Shown: positions 9,889 to 20,441 of the stretch, piece after piece
How the letters are laid out: the number at the start of each line of letters is the position of its first letter
Position numbering within the stretch: the stretch's first letter is position 1
Virus record (IMG/VR): IMGVR_UViG_3300021605_000004
Span: 2,689-66,688 of that record
Direction: 5' to 3' (one strand)
Source of the DNA: a virus
DNA length: 64,000 bases
Notes under the pieces: generated by a model
The model's database searches: none
The model's input: only the letters and a program-made list of their open reading frames with translations
Told to the model about the DNA's origin: nothing
Position numbers and translations under genes: made by a program

Positions 9889-10212
9889 TCATCTCTTAGC
9901 TTTTAATGTTGCATTAACCCTGCCCAATTTTGCTTTGACGCTGTCATGGTCCGCTTCGTTTTTCTCTGCAAATTTTGTCAGTACGGTTTTGATATCCTTT
10001 ACGTCGTCACGCATCATCTTCCATGCCTCCTTACCAATCAACTGCGACTCTATGCTTTCAATCTGTTTCTGGTTGGCCTCAACTGTCTTTTTAATCCCGG
10101 CGTTCTCTGAGTACAGGGTTACGTTCCCAATGATCATGGCGACGATTAATGAACCTATGAGCGTTATCACGAAGTTATTTTCAAGCCAGGAGGTCAGTTT
10201 CTTGGTAGTCAT
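9889..10212 (-). CDS. TM plus coiled-coil membrane protein, possible holin/antiholin
   Basis: Single N-terminal TM helix; upstream of endolysin. Confidence 0.5.
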   Translation of the reverse strand: MTTKKLTSWLENNFVITLIGSLIVAMIIGNVTLYSENAGIKKTVEANQKQIESIESQLIGKEAWKMMRDDVKDIKTVLTKFAEKNEADHDSVKAKLGRVNATLKAKR

Positions 10213-10217
10213 CTATT

Positions 10218-10646
10218 TTATCTGTTAAGGAATATTAAACATAGTATTGCCGCTATCGGGACTAAACCCTGAATTATCCAGTAAATATATATGTTGCTTA
10301 ACGCTTTGTCAATCATAGAGGATGTGCCGGTAGAAACTGAGCCTTTGTAATACCATGGCAGGCTTCGTGACAGGTTCAGGATGGTGTTCCAACCGGTCCA
10401 GGCAAGGAACACGAACACGAACACCAACCATAGCTTACTCCACTGTAGCGGCCACAGGTAAATAAATGAGATCGGGAACACGGCAAACCTGAGTATCGTC
10501 GTCCATGTGTGACGGAACTGGTCCCACTTCTTCGCTCTTGGCATGTCGCCAAGTGCCAGTTTATCCTTCATGGCCAGGACTGAACCCTCCAGGATTGACA
10601 AATACAACAAGAGGATAACCGCCGTAACTACATATAACGTCGTCAT
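10218..10646 (-). CDS. Multi-pass membrane protein
   Basis: About four hydrophobic segments. Confidence 0.6.
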   Translation of the reverse strand: MTTLYVVTAVILLLYLSILEGSVLAMKDKLALGDMPRAKKWDQFRHTWTTILRFAVFPISFIYLWPLQWSKLWLVFVFVFLAWTGWNTILNLSRSLPWYYKGSVSTGTSSMIDKALSNIYIYWIIQGLVPIAAILCLIFLNR

Positions 10647-10891
10647 TTGGCTGGCTTTTTAGGTGTCTGTTCGTCCTTCAGTATAGCCACCATTTGTATC
10701 GCTCCTTCAAGCGTTTGAAGTTGTTTCTGGCACTGCTGAAGTTGCTTTGTTAACGTGTCGGCTTTCTGTGCTACTTTGTTGTAATTGTCGATTAAGCCTT
10801 TGAGCTTTGAATTGAGATAGTTCGTGTCGGCTTTCTGAGCGTTACAGAGTGTAACGGTAAAGACGAATAGGATAATGATTGCTTTTTTCAT
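10643..10891 (-). CDS. Small coiled-coil protein with signal peptide
   Basis: MKKAIIILFVFTVTLCNA|QK. Confidence 0.6.
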   Translation of the reverse strand: MKKAIIILFVFTVTLCNAQKADTNYLNSKLKGLIDNYNKVAQKADTLTKQLQQCQKQLQTLEGAIQMVAILKDEQTPKKPAK

Positions 10892-10915
10892 ATGGTTTTG
10901 TTTTATGGTTTATAA

Positions 10916-13900
10916 TTAAAATGCCTCATCTATTGCATATACAATTTCTATTATCATGTGACCGTTTGAATCACTCATGCCATTTTTAATCTTAATCTGA
11001 CTTGTACCCACCTGTCCTATCAAATCAAGATACTTGTCAACATCACCCAATATAACATCAGAAGTGCAGTCAGACAGCAGGGTTATTTTCCCATATTGGT
11101 CAAAGCGAAAACGAGCAAATGTACCTCCCTCCCCCTCAGCAGGACTAAACATTGAAATAGTTCCCCATCCATGCGCCCAAGGGAAGAAAGTAATCGAAGC
11201 ACCATAAGCAAGATAAATATTGGAATGATATACCTTAACCCCTTTCCATGTTGAAATAGAATCTCTGGATTCAATGGTTCTGTTTACCCGTAGTGAATCA
11301 GAAATAATTACAGGCTTGGTTGCTCTTTGTATCGCCTTGCCCCCTGAATACATCCATGGAAATTTAGTTGAATCAGAAGCATTGTAAGCAGTAAACCACT
11401 CCATCACTTTATCTCCAACAGGAGTTTTCATCACAAGACATTGCCCTGCTGTTCCTGCTGAAGAAGGAAGGGTGTATGCTGTTGCTCCTACGGTTACCGC
11501 CCCCCCAAACGTGCCATTCCCCGAAGCATCCACACCGAACCTCTGTGTTAATGTAGCGGTTGCTCCCGCTGAACCTGCGGGGGCCGTATGCCAAAGTAAT
11601 CCATTTGCGTTTATCTGAATCATTGACGATATTCCTGCGTTTGTTGCTCTGTATTTGTAAGTTGTTCCGTTGTAATACAGGTTACTGCCGATTGTCTGAG
11701 TGCCTACGGCGTGGCTCTGCAATTCCAGCGCACCGGCTACGATGCTGGAATTGGTAGTCGATCCCGGAGTTGTTAAATATGCAGCAGTAGGTGAGGTTGT
11801 TCCTATGCCTACTGAACCTTTCAATAAAGTAGTAGTGACATTATCATTGCCTAATACTACTTGATTACTCTGTAATACTTTAGCATTATATCCTATTGCT
11901 GTTCCATTGGTTAATACTGATTCATTTTGCTTACTGGCATAATTACCTAACAAGGTCATGTAGGTATCACTGACTGATTTCTCTGCTGTATTCTCTGCTC
12001 CAATACCTGAATAGAATCCTGAGAATAGGTTATTGACACCATCTACATTGTAGTAGCCAGCTTGCAGACCATTGAAGGTGTTGTTGCTGCCTGTGGTGTT
12101 GGAGACGCCAGCTCGATAACCATTGAAGGTGTTGGAGAAGCCTGTGGTGTTGGAGTAGCCAGCTTGATAACCATTGAAGGTGTTGGAGAAGCCTGTGGTG
12201 TTGGAGTAGCCAGCTTGATAACCATTGAAGGTGTTGGAACTTCCTGTGGTGTTGGAGTAGCCAGCTTGATAACCATTGAAGGTGTTGAAGTAGCCTGTGG
12301 TGTTGGAGAAGCCAGCATCCATACCATTGAAGGTGTTGTAGTAGCCTGTGGTGTTGGAGACGCCAGCATACATACCATTGAAGGTGTTGTAGTAGCCTGT
12401 GGTGTTGTTGTAGCCAGCATACATACCATTGAAGGTGTTGTAGCTGCCTGTGGTGTTGGAGAAGCCAGCTTGATAACCATTGAAGGTGTTGAAGTAGCCT
12501 GTGGTGTTGGAGAAGCCAGCTCGATAACCATTGAAGGTGTTGTAACTTCCTTTATAAGTTGCTCCTACTTCACCTATTGAACTCTGTCCACCACCACCAA
12601 TGAATAAGTTGTATCCATCTGAGTTGGCTCCTTTATATCCACTTATTTCTACCGCCGTTCCGTCATTAATTATCTGCTTTCTCAGATATGTATTCTGCTG
12701 CGCCAAGTAAGCAATACCCGAACTATCTGCGATGTATTTTGGGTCAGATTCTGTAGTCAGATAGTCTTTGGATTGGTATTTCGTTTGGATTTTGGTAAGA
12801 GTGTCAGGCCACATCACAGCCTTGGTTAATGAATCCTGCAACACATCAAGCAATGCCCGATTACTATGAGTTATTGCTGTTTTTTCAGCATCCGTGACGT
12901 ACCGCTTGTTTATGTAATCAGGTACGTGGTCAGTCGTTAGTGACACCACTCCCTGCTGATTGTTCACTGACACCACGTTATCCGTACCGACTGAACGCTC
13001 CCAGTTCGTGCCGTTATGGATGCAGAAGTCACCGGCGTAAAAGATAATGTCGCCAGATCCTAAATTAACCGTGTCCCCCACTGATACTACATATACCCAT
13101 CCATTTATTCCAGTATTGTCTGCTAATGTAGGTGTGTTTGTATGAGCATCCCATATCCCCTTATAAATCATAAGGACAGCCGGAAGTTGAGAATAGGGGA
13201 CTTTACCACCATTATCTAACGTAGCTACCCCGTTATTAGCTGCACGTTGTATTAATGGTATATACGTAGAGGTTGCTCTTGTCTGACCTAAGAGAACTGA
13301 TGTGGTATCTCCCCTTGCAAGATAATCGTGACTTGCCCTTGTTCTTGAAAGTAATACGTTTGCTGTATCAGATCTACGATATCGATTATTAAGGGTATCT
13401 TGTAATGAAGGATAAAATGTAGAAATAGTTGGTTTATCAGTAAGGGAATTATACGACTTTTCATCCAGTGTCGATAACGAGTCGTGATTATTCAGATTGC
13501 GCTTTAACGCGAGCCGACTGTTCAGGTAGGTTAATGTAATAGCGTTTCTGACCGTGTTACTGTCAGATTTCTGAAATGATCCTGAGTCTGTCGATGCAAT
13601 AGTCCACGTCCTGTCGTGTTTGAGGTTCTGTGTCACCCCGTTAATTGTCAGTTCCGTTACAGCATACGCAAAGGTGCTGTCCGATACACTTGACGGAGTG
13701 CCGATGACCTTGTACCATAAACTGTCAAGGACAGTCTGCATGGACTGTCCTATCTGAGTGGCATGGGTTAATGCAAGCAGCGTTGAGTCGGTGCTTATCC
13801 GTATCAACTGCTTTGGATAATACTTCTCCTTGAATAATGACGATGCTGAGTCCATCCTTACGATAGTCTCTTTTACCTGTGCGCCTGCCGATACTGAAAC

Positions 13901-13933
13901 CAGTACCAGCAGTGCAATCAAAAGTTTCTTCAT
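10916..13933 (-). CDS. Trimeric fibre/adhesin-like protein with signal peptide and 17-aa repeats
   Basis: MKKLLIALLVLVSVSAGA|Q; ANNGVATLDNGGKVP, VVSVNNQQGVVSL, TAIGYNAKV..NQVVLGN, GSVGIGTTSP motifs. Confidence 0.75.
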   Translation of the reverse strand: MKKLLIALLVLVSVSAGAQVKETIVRMDSASSLFKEKYYPKQLIRISTDSTLLALTHATQIGQSMQTVLDSLWYKVIGTPSSVSDSTFAYAVTELTINGVTQNLKHDRTWTIASTDSGSFQKSDSNTVRNAITLTYLNSRLALKRNLNNHDSLSTLDEKSYNSLTDKPTISTFYPSLQDTLNNRYRRSDTANVLLSRTRASHDYLARGDTTSVLLGQTRATSTYIPLIQRAANNGVATLDNGGKVPYSQLPAVLMIYKGIWDAHTNTPTLADNTGINGWVYVVSVGDTVNLGSGDIIFYAGDFCIHNGTNWERSVGTDNVVSVNNQQGVVSLTTDHVPDYINKRYVTDAEKTAITHSNRALLDVLQDSLTKAVMWPDTLTKIQTKYQSKDYLTTESDPKYIADSSGIAYLAQQNTYLRKQIINDGTAVEISGYKGANSDGYNLFIGGGGQSSIGEVGATYKGSYNTFNGYRAGFSNTTGYFNTFNGYQAGFSNTTGSYNTFNGMYAGYNNTTGYYNTFNGMYAGVSNTTGYYNTFNGMDAGFSNTTGYFNTFNGYQAGYSNTTGSSNTFNGYQAGYSNTTGFSNTFNGYQAGYSNTTGFSNTFNGYRAGVSNTTGSNNTFNGLQAGYYNVDGVNNLFSGFYSGIGAENTAEKSVSDTYMTLLGNYASKQNESVLTNGTAIGYNAKVLQSNQVVLGNDNVTTTLLKGSVGIGTTSPTAAYLTTPGSTTNSSIVAGALELQSHAVGTQTIGSNLYYNGTTYKYRATNAGISSMIQINANGLLWHTAPAGSAGATATLTQRFGVDASGNGTFGGAVTVGATAYTLPSSAGTAGQCLVMKTPVGDKVMEWFTAYNASDSTKFPWMYSGGKAIQRATKPVIISDSLRVNRTIESRDSISTWKGVKVYHSNIYLAYGASITFFPWAHGWGTISMFSPAEGEGGTFARFRFDQYGKITLLSDCTSDVILGDVDKYLDLIGQVGTSQIKIKNGMSDSNGHMIIEIVYAIDEAF
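12050..12551 (-). repeat. Coding tandem repeat, about 10 x 51 bp (NTFNGxxAGxxNTTGxx)
   Basis: ACCATTGAAGGTGTT recurs at 12068, 12119, ... 12527 with exact 51-bp period. Confidence 0.97.
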
Positions 13934-13935
13934 AT

Positions 13936-15852
13936 TTAGTCTACGATTAACAGTACCTGTCCGGCGCTTAATCCCGGTGCGTAAGTGAACACATAACCAC
14001 TGCGAGTAACGACCAACTGACTCTGCGGCACGTTATCAATCAAAGGAATGTACATGTCGTTGGGGACGAACTCTGTAACAGTGAAGGCCGTCTGTCCTTC
14101 TGTTGCCGTGAAAGCCTGTGATACAAGGCCGCGTCCTGCTCCGGAAGGTGATTTGGCCGGGATTAAGGTGGTCTGCCTGAGATGTAGCGTCACTGAGTAA
14201 CCGTCACACATGATGTCACTGGCCGAAGCAACAGAATTGGTGCCTTGGAGGATAACTGAACCATCCATGTTCATATCATACCCATTAAGCATCACAACAG
14301 GCCCAATCACGTCTGCCGGTAGTCCACCGCGAACGAGTGAACATTCAAGTTTCTGCTGTGTGTCGTTGATACGGGTAGCTTTCAAAACAATCCGTACACG
14401 ATTATTGTCGGCATTCACCAGGTCGTCAGTGAAATAGTCCAGTACGGTTGTGCCACAGAACAGCACCTTCAGCCTCTTGCCGTTGGCATTAGCGGCCAGT
14501 TTCGCATCCCATACAAACTCCATAAAGTCACCGGCGTTCTCAAAGTATGAGTTGTTGATCTGAAAGTTGTAACAAATTGTAGTGGCATCGGTATTGCCCG
14601 ATGTGGAGTATTCTAAAATGTCATTTACCAGCACCTGAACGTCACCTGCTCCGTCGGCTCCGGGCGAACCGGCTGTGCCCTTATACAAGCCTTTATCAAC
14701 CCAGGATCCGCTTACCTTGTACCATATGTGTCCTGAAGGTGTCTGAAAGCAAACATCTCCGTCGTGTCCGTCATTGTCCGTCGGATCGGTAGTCGTAAAG
14801 AATACCTGGAACTCGGAAGGAGTTGTGCCGCCACCTGCAACGATAGCACCCCAAGGAACGATAGGAACGCTTACCTCGTCATTGTTGACGGTGCAGTTGC
14901 AGTTCTCTCCGGCCAGGATAGTCTGTAACGCCAGTACGTCGTTCTCTGTCGATACGCCACAACGTTCATCCCATAACAGCATGTCAAACATGGCCGCGGC
15001 CTCAAGCACTTTATCCCGGTTGGCCTCCTTGTATGAGAAGTTACTTGTCAGTGATGTTCTCCAGCGGGTAAGCATGTTGCGGTAGCACTCAGCAAGGGCG
15101 CAAATGGTAGCGTCGCACTGAGCATAAATATTATCGTCACCATAAACAATGTCAGTGATCTTCACGGCCGGTTGGGTTGCGCCATAAGCTGCCACCACAT
15201 CCCAAACCAGTGTTGTAACGATATTGGCCTGCCATGTCCTTGTCCAGATACGTGAACCGGCTGTAACGCCACCACCAATGGTTCGCAGATTTGTTATGCC
15301 ATAATCAGTCCATGTCAGCGGCGATATGGTACAGCCTGAACCGGCCGGTTTTGTCAGCGTATGAACGCGGGTGGTAGTTGTTGGGATAAACTGAACACCG
15401 CCGATAATGAGGTTGTAATCCGTAACGTCCTCAGATGTCAACTCCGATGTGCTGCAAAGTACCGCCATGTCAATAGCGACGGCAGGCGCGGTATAATCCA
15501 GTGTGTATGTCCTTACGGTTGGTGTAGGAACAACATCTTCTGTGGCCGTAGTGCCATTATATGTGGCATACTCAAACTGGTACTCGCCAAGATATTCCGT
15601 CGGCAGTACGATTCCTGATTTGGTCCATACTGCGGTTGCCGAACCATGGATATCGGGCGAAGTCCATGCGGACGGTGCTGTTCCCCAGTCATCGTGAACG
15701 TAAAGGATATCTCCGCTTAATTTATGCGTTATTTTTATCAGTCCTACGGTATGAGTGCCTCTGGCAGTGGACGTATCTGTAAAGGTTAAAGTACCTGTTG
15801 CGATGTCAAATGTGATCAGGAAACTCGGAACGAAAGCTGATGCTGTTGTCAT
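13936..15852 (-). CDS. Virion structural protein, Thr/Cys-rich; start probably MTTASAF
   Basis: Between capsid and fibre genes; short Gly-X-Y run, GD..FQT..GHIWYKVSGSW motif; promoter-like TATCTTTG at 15868-15875. Confidence 0.6.
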   Translation of the reverse strand: MTTASAFVPSFLITFDIATGTLTFTDTSTARGTHTVGLIKITHKLSGDILYVHDDWGTAPSAWTSPDIHGSATAVWTKSGIVLPTEYLGEYQFEYATYNGTTATEDVVPTPTVRTYTLDYTAPAVAIDMAVLCSTSELTSEDVTDYNLIIGGVQFIPTTTTRVHTLTKPAGSGCTISPLTWTDYGITNLRTIGGGVTAGSRIWTRTWQANIVTTLVWDVVAAYGATQPAVKITDIVYGDDNIYAQCDATICALAECYRNMLTRWRTSLTSNFSYKEANRDKVLEAAAMFDMLLWDERCGVSTENDVLALQTILAGENCNCTVNNDEVSVPIVPWGAIVAGGGTTPSEFQVFFTTTDPTDNDGHDGDVCFQTPSGHIWYKVSGSWVDKGLYKGTAGSPGADGAGDVQVLVNDILEYSTSGNTDATTICYNFQINNSYFENAGDFMEFVWDAKLAANANGKRLKVLFCGTTVLDYFTDDLVNADNNRVRIVLKATRINDTQQKLECSLVRGGLPADVIGPVVMLNGYDMNMDGSVILQGTNSVASASDIMCDGYSVTLHLRQTTLIPAKSPSGAGRGLVSQAFTATEGQTAFTVTEFVPNDMYIPLIDNVPQSQLVVTRSGYVFTYAPGLSAGQVLLIVD

Positions 15853-15965
15853 GTGTATATGTTTTTCCAAAGATAACTATTGGAATCACAAATATCAAGA
15901 CATTAACCAAAGATGCCGGTTGTATAGACCGGCATCAGATGGAGAGGAGAGAATGGAAACAGAAA

Positions 15966-17138
15966 CTATTTTTTCACTTCGAACGGAACAGTCCGCTTTT
16001 GAATGACAAGATACTCGATCAGCACCGGATGGATCTGCTCAAGTTTTGCGCCCGGAACCTCGTACCCAAAGAACTTGTACAGTGCTTTTTTGTCCGGCCA
16101 TGTCAGAACGGTCTCGATAAAGTCAGGCGTTACAACGTCAGGTATAGCAACAGACAGCATCACTTTGTCCATGCTTGACGGCGCGGGATCGTCCGATAAC
16201 GATGACTGCAACGTGTGAACGTCGTCAGGCGACACAAGCAAATGCTTCTTCAGCACGTTCTTTCTCACCTCAACCATGGTCGGCGGAACTTTGCACAGTG
16301 TCTTGAGTTTGTTGCCGTCCATGCCAAGCAGCACCCATGCCAGAGCATCAGCATCGTACTTTATGATGCGGTTGTTGGTGCATTTCTGAATAAGAGCCAG
16401 GATATCCACGTCACGGGTATCTCCGCCATCCTTCAGCTTTGCACAAACAGCGTCGAACGCTTTAAAGTTAAACTCAAGATCGTTGCGCTTCTCGGCACGT
16501 TTAACGGCCTCGGCAAGCAACTGCTTCTTGTACGTGATTGATTTATTGTCGGGATTGACACCCCAGGCAAGGCAAAGCGTGGATATCTTCACCTCGTTGG
16601 CATAGAACGGACTTTCCTTGCGGAACAGCCAGTAACTTACCACTGCGGACGATGTTTCATTTTCTTCGTACTTCAGCGCGTCAGCTTCCTTATCTTCAAG
16701 GAATGTACGGCCGATAGGATTCTTAGGTGTGACAACCTCCGGATTGAACAGGAACATGAACAATATCTCCTCGATATCGTCCTCTCCAAGCCTCAGGGTC
16801 TTTTCGTTGATGCCGATGCTGCGAAGGATAGGAGAGTAGACGGTTTTGCCATTCTCCACCTTCATGTCGTCAGCCCATGCAATACGAACTTTACCTTTTT
16901 TTGTTTTGTGATCAACAATCCTGGGATACGCGTAACCCTGATTGCCTTTACCGACACCACTCTTGATGCCAGGTGTTCTGAAAACTACGGGTTCGGCTTT
17001 GTTTAAGAATTTGCGATCAATTTCTTTCCATGCTCCGGCGAACAGGCTTTTGATCTCATCCACGCCCTCGTAATATACCCCGGCGTGGGACTTAACTGTG
17101 GAGAGGTCGAGAACAACTCCATTCACATAAATTGCCAT
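15966..17138 (-). CDS. Hypothetical protein downstream of the capsid gene
   Basis: 390-aa ORF in the head-module position. Confidence 0.6.
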   Translation of the reverse strand: MAIYVNGVVLDLSTVKSHAGVYYEGVDEIKSLFAGAWKEIDRKFLNKAEPVVFRTPGIKSGVGKGNQGYAYPRIVDHKTKKGKVRIAWADDMKVENGKTVYSPILRSIGINEKTLRLGEDDIEEILFMFLFNPEVVTPKNPIGRTFLEDKEADALKYEENETSSAVVSYWLFRKESPFYANEVKISTLCLAWGVNPDNKSITYKKQLLAEAVKRAEKRNDLEFNFKAFDAVCAKLKDGGDTRDVDILALIQKCTNNRIIKYDADALAWVLLGMDGNKLKTLCKVPPTMVEVRKNVLKKHLLVSPDDVHTLQSSLSDDPAPSSMDKVMLSVAIPDVVTPDFIETVLTWPDKKALYKFFGYEVPGAKLEQIHPVLIEYLVIQKRTVPFEVKK

Positions 17139-17170
17139 TTTTTTGCTTGTTTAGGGTTTGAATAAAAGAA

Positions 17171-17200
17171 GTCAGGACTGAGATTGCGCCCAGTCCTGAC
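17171..17200 (-). terminator. Terminator after the major capsid gene
   Basis: GTCAGGACTG-N10-CAGTCCTGAC followed by TTCTTTT on the minus strand. Confidence 0.75.
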
Positions 17201-17209
17201 TAATTAAAG

Positions 17210-18661
17210 CTATGCTAATCCGGTAAAGGATGTGTTGATAACGCGAACACCACGCCATGCTTCCAGAAATACATTTCCGAAATCAACAAGCGAGTGAACT
17301 TTGGAGATGTCACCTGTCAGTACGATAGGTCCACCGATAGCGCCTTTAGGACTGCCCATTCCAAGGAACGGAGCAATAGCGCGTTTACGGTCTTTGTAAG
17401 CGCCAAGGCCACGGTAAATCAGTGAAAGATTCGGGATAAGTTCACCGGTCTTTCCTTCACGTACATTACCCAAAGGATAAACAGCGGCGGCGTCTTTCAT
17501 ACCCAGTGTTGATATCCCAAACAGGTAAGGGTTGTTCATAATATAATTGGGCTTGAGGATAATGGTCTGTCCGCCAATCATAATATGTTTGAAACCAACT
17601 GAAAGGTTTTTCTGTCCACCACCTGCATCTGGGGTAAACAGTTCGTTCAGTGAACCGGTTGCATTGGTGATGTAAGATTTGCAGGATTTTTCCACCCTAC
17701 GCAGAAGGTCGCCACCTGAGTCAAACAGCCACTCACCGGCGGGTAAGCCTACGCTTTCACCATATTCGGCCAGTTTGTAGAAATGCTCAACGGTAAAGTC
17801 GGTTGCATCGGTGAACTCAATGTCATAACCACGTTCGCCAATCCAATCCCAGATACCCTGTGTACCGGGAACCAGTACGCTTGCGCTTGTGGCAAGAGAG
17901 GTCTGAACGACAGCAACGTTAGTGGTCTTGGTTCCAAACATGATCTTGGCTTCCATTGCGGCATCAAGGTTCATATCCATGCGAGCGATTTCGTGGTTGT
18001 ACAGTCCAATACCTTCATATTCGACGTATTTCTCACGGGCAAACTCAGCATTTTCAAAACCAAGGGCGTCTTTCAGAATTTCAGTGTAGTAGGTGAATTT
18101 CTGATATCCGGTGTGTGTCGGAGTGGTACCTTCGGTTCCCTGTCCGGCATTTACAGCAGGAGCAAGAGGAAGAACCATACCGGTGCGGATAAGTGCAACA
18201 GGAGTCAGTGCTGTTCCGGCTGAATCCTTCATGTATGCCGTAATGGTGGCATTTGAACTTTCCAGTGTCACGCTCATAATGGTGAACTCAATCATCTTGG
18301 ACGGTGAACCGGCCCAGAAGGACTGTCCTACCCTCGGATATGCGTGATGATAAGTGTCAATGTCGCTGTCAGCGTCAAGGTTGAAGGTGATCAGGTTACC
18401 GGTAGCCGCGCCACCTGTTACGGTGTTACCAATTTTCATGGTCCTGAACGGAGGCATTTCTTCGTGAACGTCAAAAGATTCAGATGCGATGAATTTATCG
18501 CTTCCTTTAAGGATGGAGATGATGTCAAAGGTCAGGATGCCCTGTCCAAAAGATTTACGGAGTTCGGGATAAACCTGTGGTTTATTTGCGAACACCTCAA
18601 GAGTCGTTGCCAAGTCTGCACTGGTATAGTGAGCAATTGGCATATTATCTGTGTGTGCCAT
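17210..18661 (-). CDS. Major capsid protein (putative)
   Basis: 483 aa after scaffold and portal, followed by a terminator; YTEILKD, EAKIMFG and TQGIWDWI resemble HK97-fold motifs. Confidence 0.7.
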   Translation of the reverse strand: MAHTDNMPIAHYTSADLATTLEVFANKPQVYPELRKSFGQGILTFDIISILKGSDKFIASESFDVHEEMPPFRTMKIGNTVTGGAATGNLITFNLDADSDIDTYHHAYPRVGQSFWAGSPSKMIEFTIMSVTLESSNATITAYMKDSAGTALTPVALIRTGMVLPLAPAVNAGQGTEGTTPTHTGYQKFTYYTEILKDALGFENAEFAREKYVEYEGIGLYNHEIARMDMNLDAAMEAKIMFGTKTTNVAVVQTSLATSASVLVPGTQGIWDWIGERGYDIEFTDATDFTVEHFYKLAEYGESVGLPAGEWLFDSGGDLLRRVEKSCKSYITNATGSLNELFTPDAGGGQKNLSVGFKHIMIGGQTIILKPNYIMNNPYLFGISTLGMKDAAAVYPLGNVREGKTGELIPNLSLIYRGLGAYKDRKRAIAPFLGMGSPKGAIGGPIVLTGDISKVHSLVDFGNVFLEAWRGVRVINTSFTGLA

Positions 18662-18684
18662 TGTTAATTTGAATTAGTGTTAGT

Positions 18685-19884
18685 TTATACTTTGATTCCG
18701 CGAGCTTTCAAAAAGTCATTCTGCTGCTGGGATAACTTTTCCTCTTTCGAGTTAGGCTTTGAGATTGTACCGTCCTGTTTCAGTGGTCGGACGTTATGGC
18801 GTTTAACCCATGCTTCGTCCTTAAACTTCTTCTGAAGGTCTTCACTCATTGCCGCGTAAACCTGTTGGCGGTTCTTAAACAGATAGTTAGCCTTTAACAA
18901 ATCTGTTACCTCCTGTTCCATCTGTGCTTCTTTGGCCTCATTCCATTCGGTACCTTCCCGTATGGCTGAACCACGCACAGCGTCCAGAATTTCTTTCACT
19001 GCCTTGGATTTAGCATATCCTTCGCCGATCTCATATTTGAAAGCAACTTCGGTCACTTCTTTGTCGTTGTCGTCCTTGAAAACAACCGGGAACTCAATTT
19101 CTTTCAAGTTGGCCGGGATCTTCTTGGTGAACAGCGGCTCAGTTGCAGCCGTCATTTTTTGTATGCGTTCTTCTTCTTTTTTCTTCGCCTCTGCCAGTTC
19201 TGCGCTGCGATCCACAGATTTAGGTATCTCAATCTGGCCTTTGACAGATGTGAACTTATCCACTGCTGTCTTGGCTGCTACCTGCATCCTTCGCTTGGTC
19301 TGCGCGTCAATAACCGGCTTGTCATCATCGTCACGTTCTGTCACGTTATAATTTGCCAGGATATCCGCCTCTGCATCTGCCTTATTGGAGTACACACCGG
19401 GATGCTCAAGCATCAGCTCCAGTGCCAGTACCTCAATCGGCGAGTCGATATGTGACTTGCTGAAATCCCTTGCGGCTATCTCAGTCATCACAACCGGGTT
19501 CTTGTCCGGGAACTTTTTAAGCAGTCCGTTCAATACGAACAGTTCATCGGATGCGAACAGCGACTTCGGATCGAAACTCTTTGCCAGTTCTTCTTTTTCC
19601 TGTTGCAGCGCGGCATAACGCGTTTCGAAGTCTTTTAGCTTTGTGTCTTTTTCTGTCAAAGAACTTTTCCAGTTGGTTAAGTCTTCTTCAGACTTAAACT
19701 CACTGCCAAGCGTCTCGCTTAGTATTTTGAACCTGTCCGGTACTACCGGTGCAGGCGGGTCGGCTGGCTTTATGTCGGCAGGTGGCGGATCAGTTACAGG
19801 TGGATCGACAACTACCGGCGCAGGATCGTCATGCGTGACAATCTTCAAGTCGGCCTGTGCTAAAATCTTATCAAATGAACTCAT
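18685..19884 (-). CDS. Scaffolding protein (putative)
   Basis: Pro/acidic N-terminus, helical; immediately upstream of MCP. Confidence 0.6.
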   Translation of the reverse strand: MSSFDKILAQADLKIVTHDDPAPVVVDPPVTDPPPADIKPADPPAPVVPDRFKILSETLGSEFKSEEDLTNWKSSLTEKDTKLKDFETRYAALQQEKEELAKSFDPKSLFASDELFVLNGLLKKFPDKNPVVMTEIAARDFSKSHIDSPIEVLALELMLEHPGVYSNKADAEADILANYNVTERDDDDKPVIDAQTKRRMQVAAKTAVDKFTSVKGQIEIPKSVDRSAELAEAKKKEEERIQKMTAATEPLFTKKIPANLKEIEFPVVFKDDNDKEVTEVAFKYEIGEGYAKSKAVKEILDAVRGSAIREGTEWNEAKEAQMEQEVTDLLKANYLFKNRQQVYAAMSEDLQKKFKDEAWVKRHNVRPLKQDGTISKPNSKEEKLSQQQNDFLKARGIKV

Positions 19885-19957
19885 TGCTTGCTTTGTTTTA
19901 GTTTTCGCTGTGCAAGATATTATTGTAGAATCAAATAATCAACGTATGGAAAAGTGA

Positions 19958-19989
19958 AAGGCCCGTAGGTATAAACCTGACGAGCCTTT
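19958..19989 (-). terminator. Hairpin/terminator between portal region and scaffold
   Basis: AAGGCCCGTAGGT-ATAA-ACCTGACGAGCCTT imperfect stem. Confidence 0.45.
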
Positions 19990-20039
19990 GCCGGTGTCCT
20001 GAGATACCACATCGCTAACTAAATCAATAGTTCAAGCGA

Positions 20040-20441
20040 CTATTTCTTTGTTTCCTTAAACGATCCCTGTCCGTTGTCAATATCACCGGTTAACATTCGC
20101 TGAACATATTTGCTTGGGCCTTGACTTGCACCTGGAGCTTTATAGTCCGCGCTTTCTTTTCTCATAAAATAATTCTTAGCATCCTCTGGAGTGTACATAC
20201 GTTCAGTAGGATAACTGCTGTCACCGGGAACCTCCATGGCCATGTCCGGAGTTGGCGATATCATCCCTCGCTGTATCATTCGAATAATGGTGGCGTCCTG
20301 AAGCGGTACTTTCTTCCCGGCATTTACCCTTGCCCTTACCTCATTGATATCGTAAGCCGGATGGTCAAGATGAAGTCCATTAATAAACTCATCCTCACCG
20401 ATTGGGAACAGTGCTGATAATCCATCCAGAAAACTATCCAT
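20040..20441 (-). CDS. Hypothetical protein
   Basis: Overlaps the portal stop. Confidence 0.55.
   Translation of the reverse strand: MDSFLDGLSALFPIGEDEFINGLHLDHPAYDINEVRARVNAGKKVPLQDATIIRMIQRGMISPTPDMAMEVPGDSSYPTERMYTPEDAKNYFMRKESADYKAPGASQGPSKYVQRMLTGDIDNGQGSFKETKK

Noticed and set aside
12050-12551. CRISPR array
   Set aside because: The variable parts are only 6 bp, the unit is in-frame coding sequence, and no cas genes are present
12050-12551. Second DGR target, since many variable codons are NNC as if derived from AAC
   Set aside because: No similarity to the TR and no other template in the window; scaffold adenines are invariant; slot C alleles do not fit a single template
12043-12580. 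Alternative-frame and antisense ORFs of 162 and 172 aa
   Set aside because: Stop-free shadows of the tandem repeat
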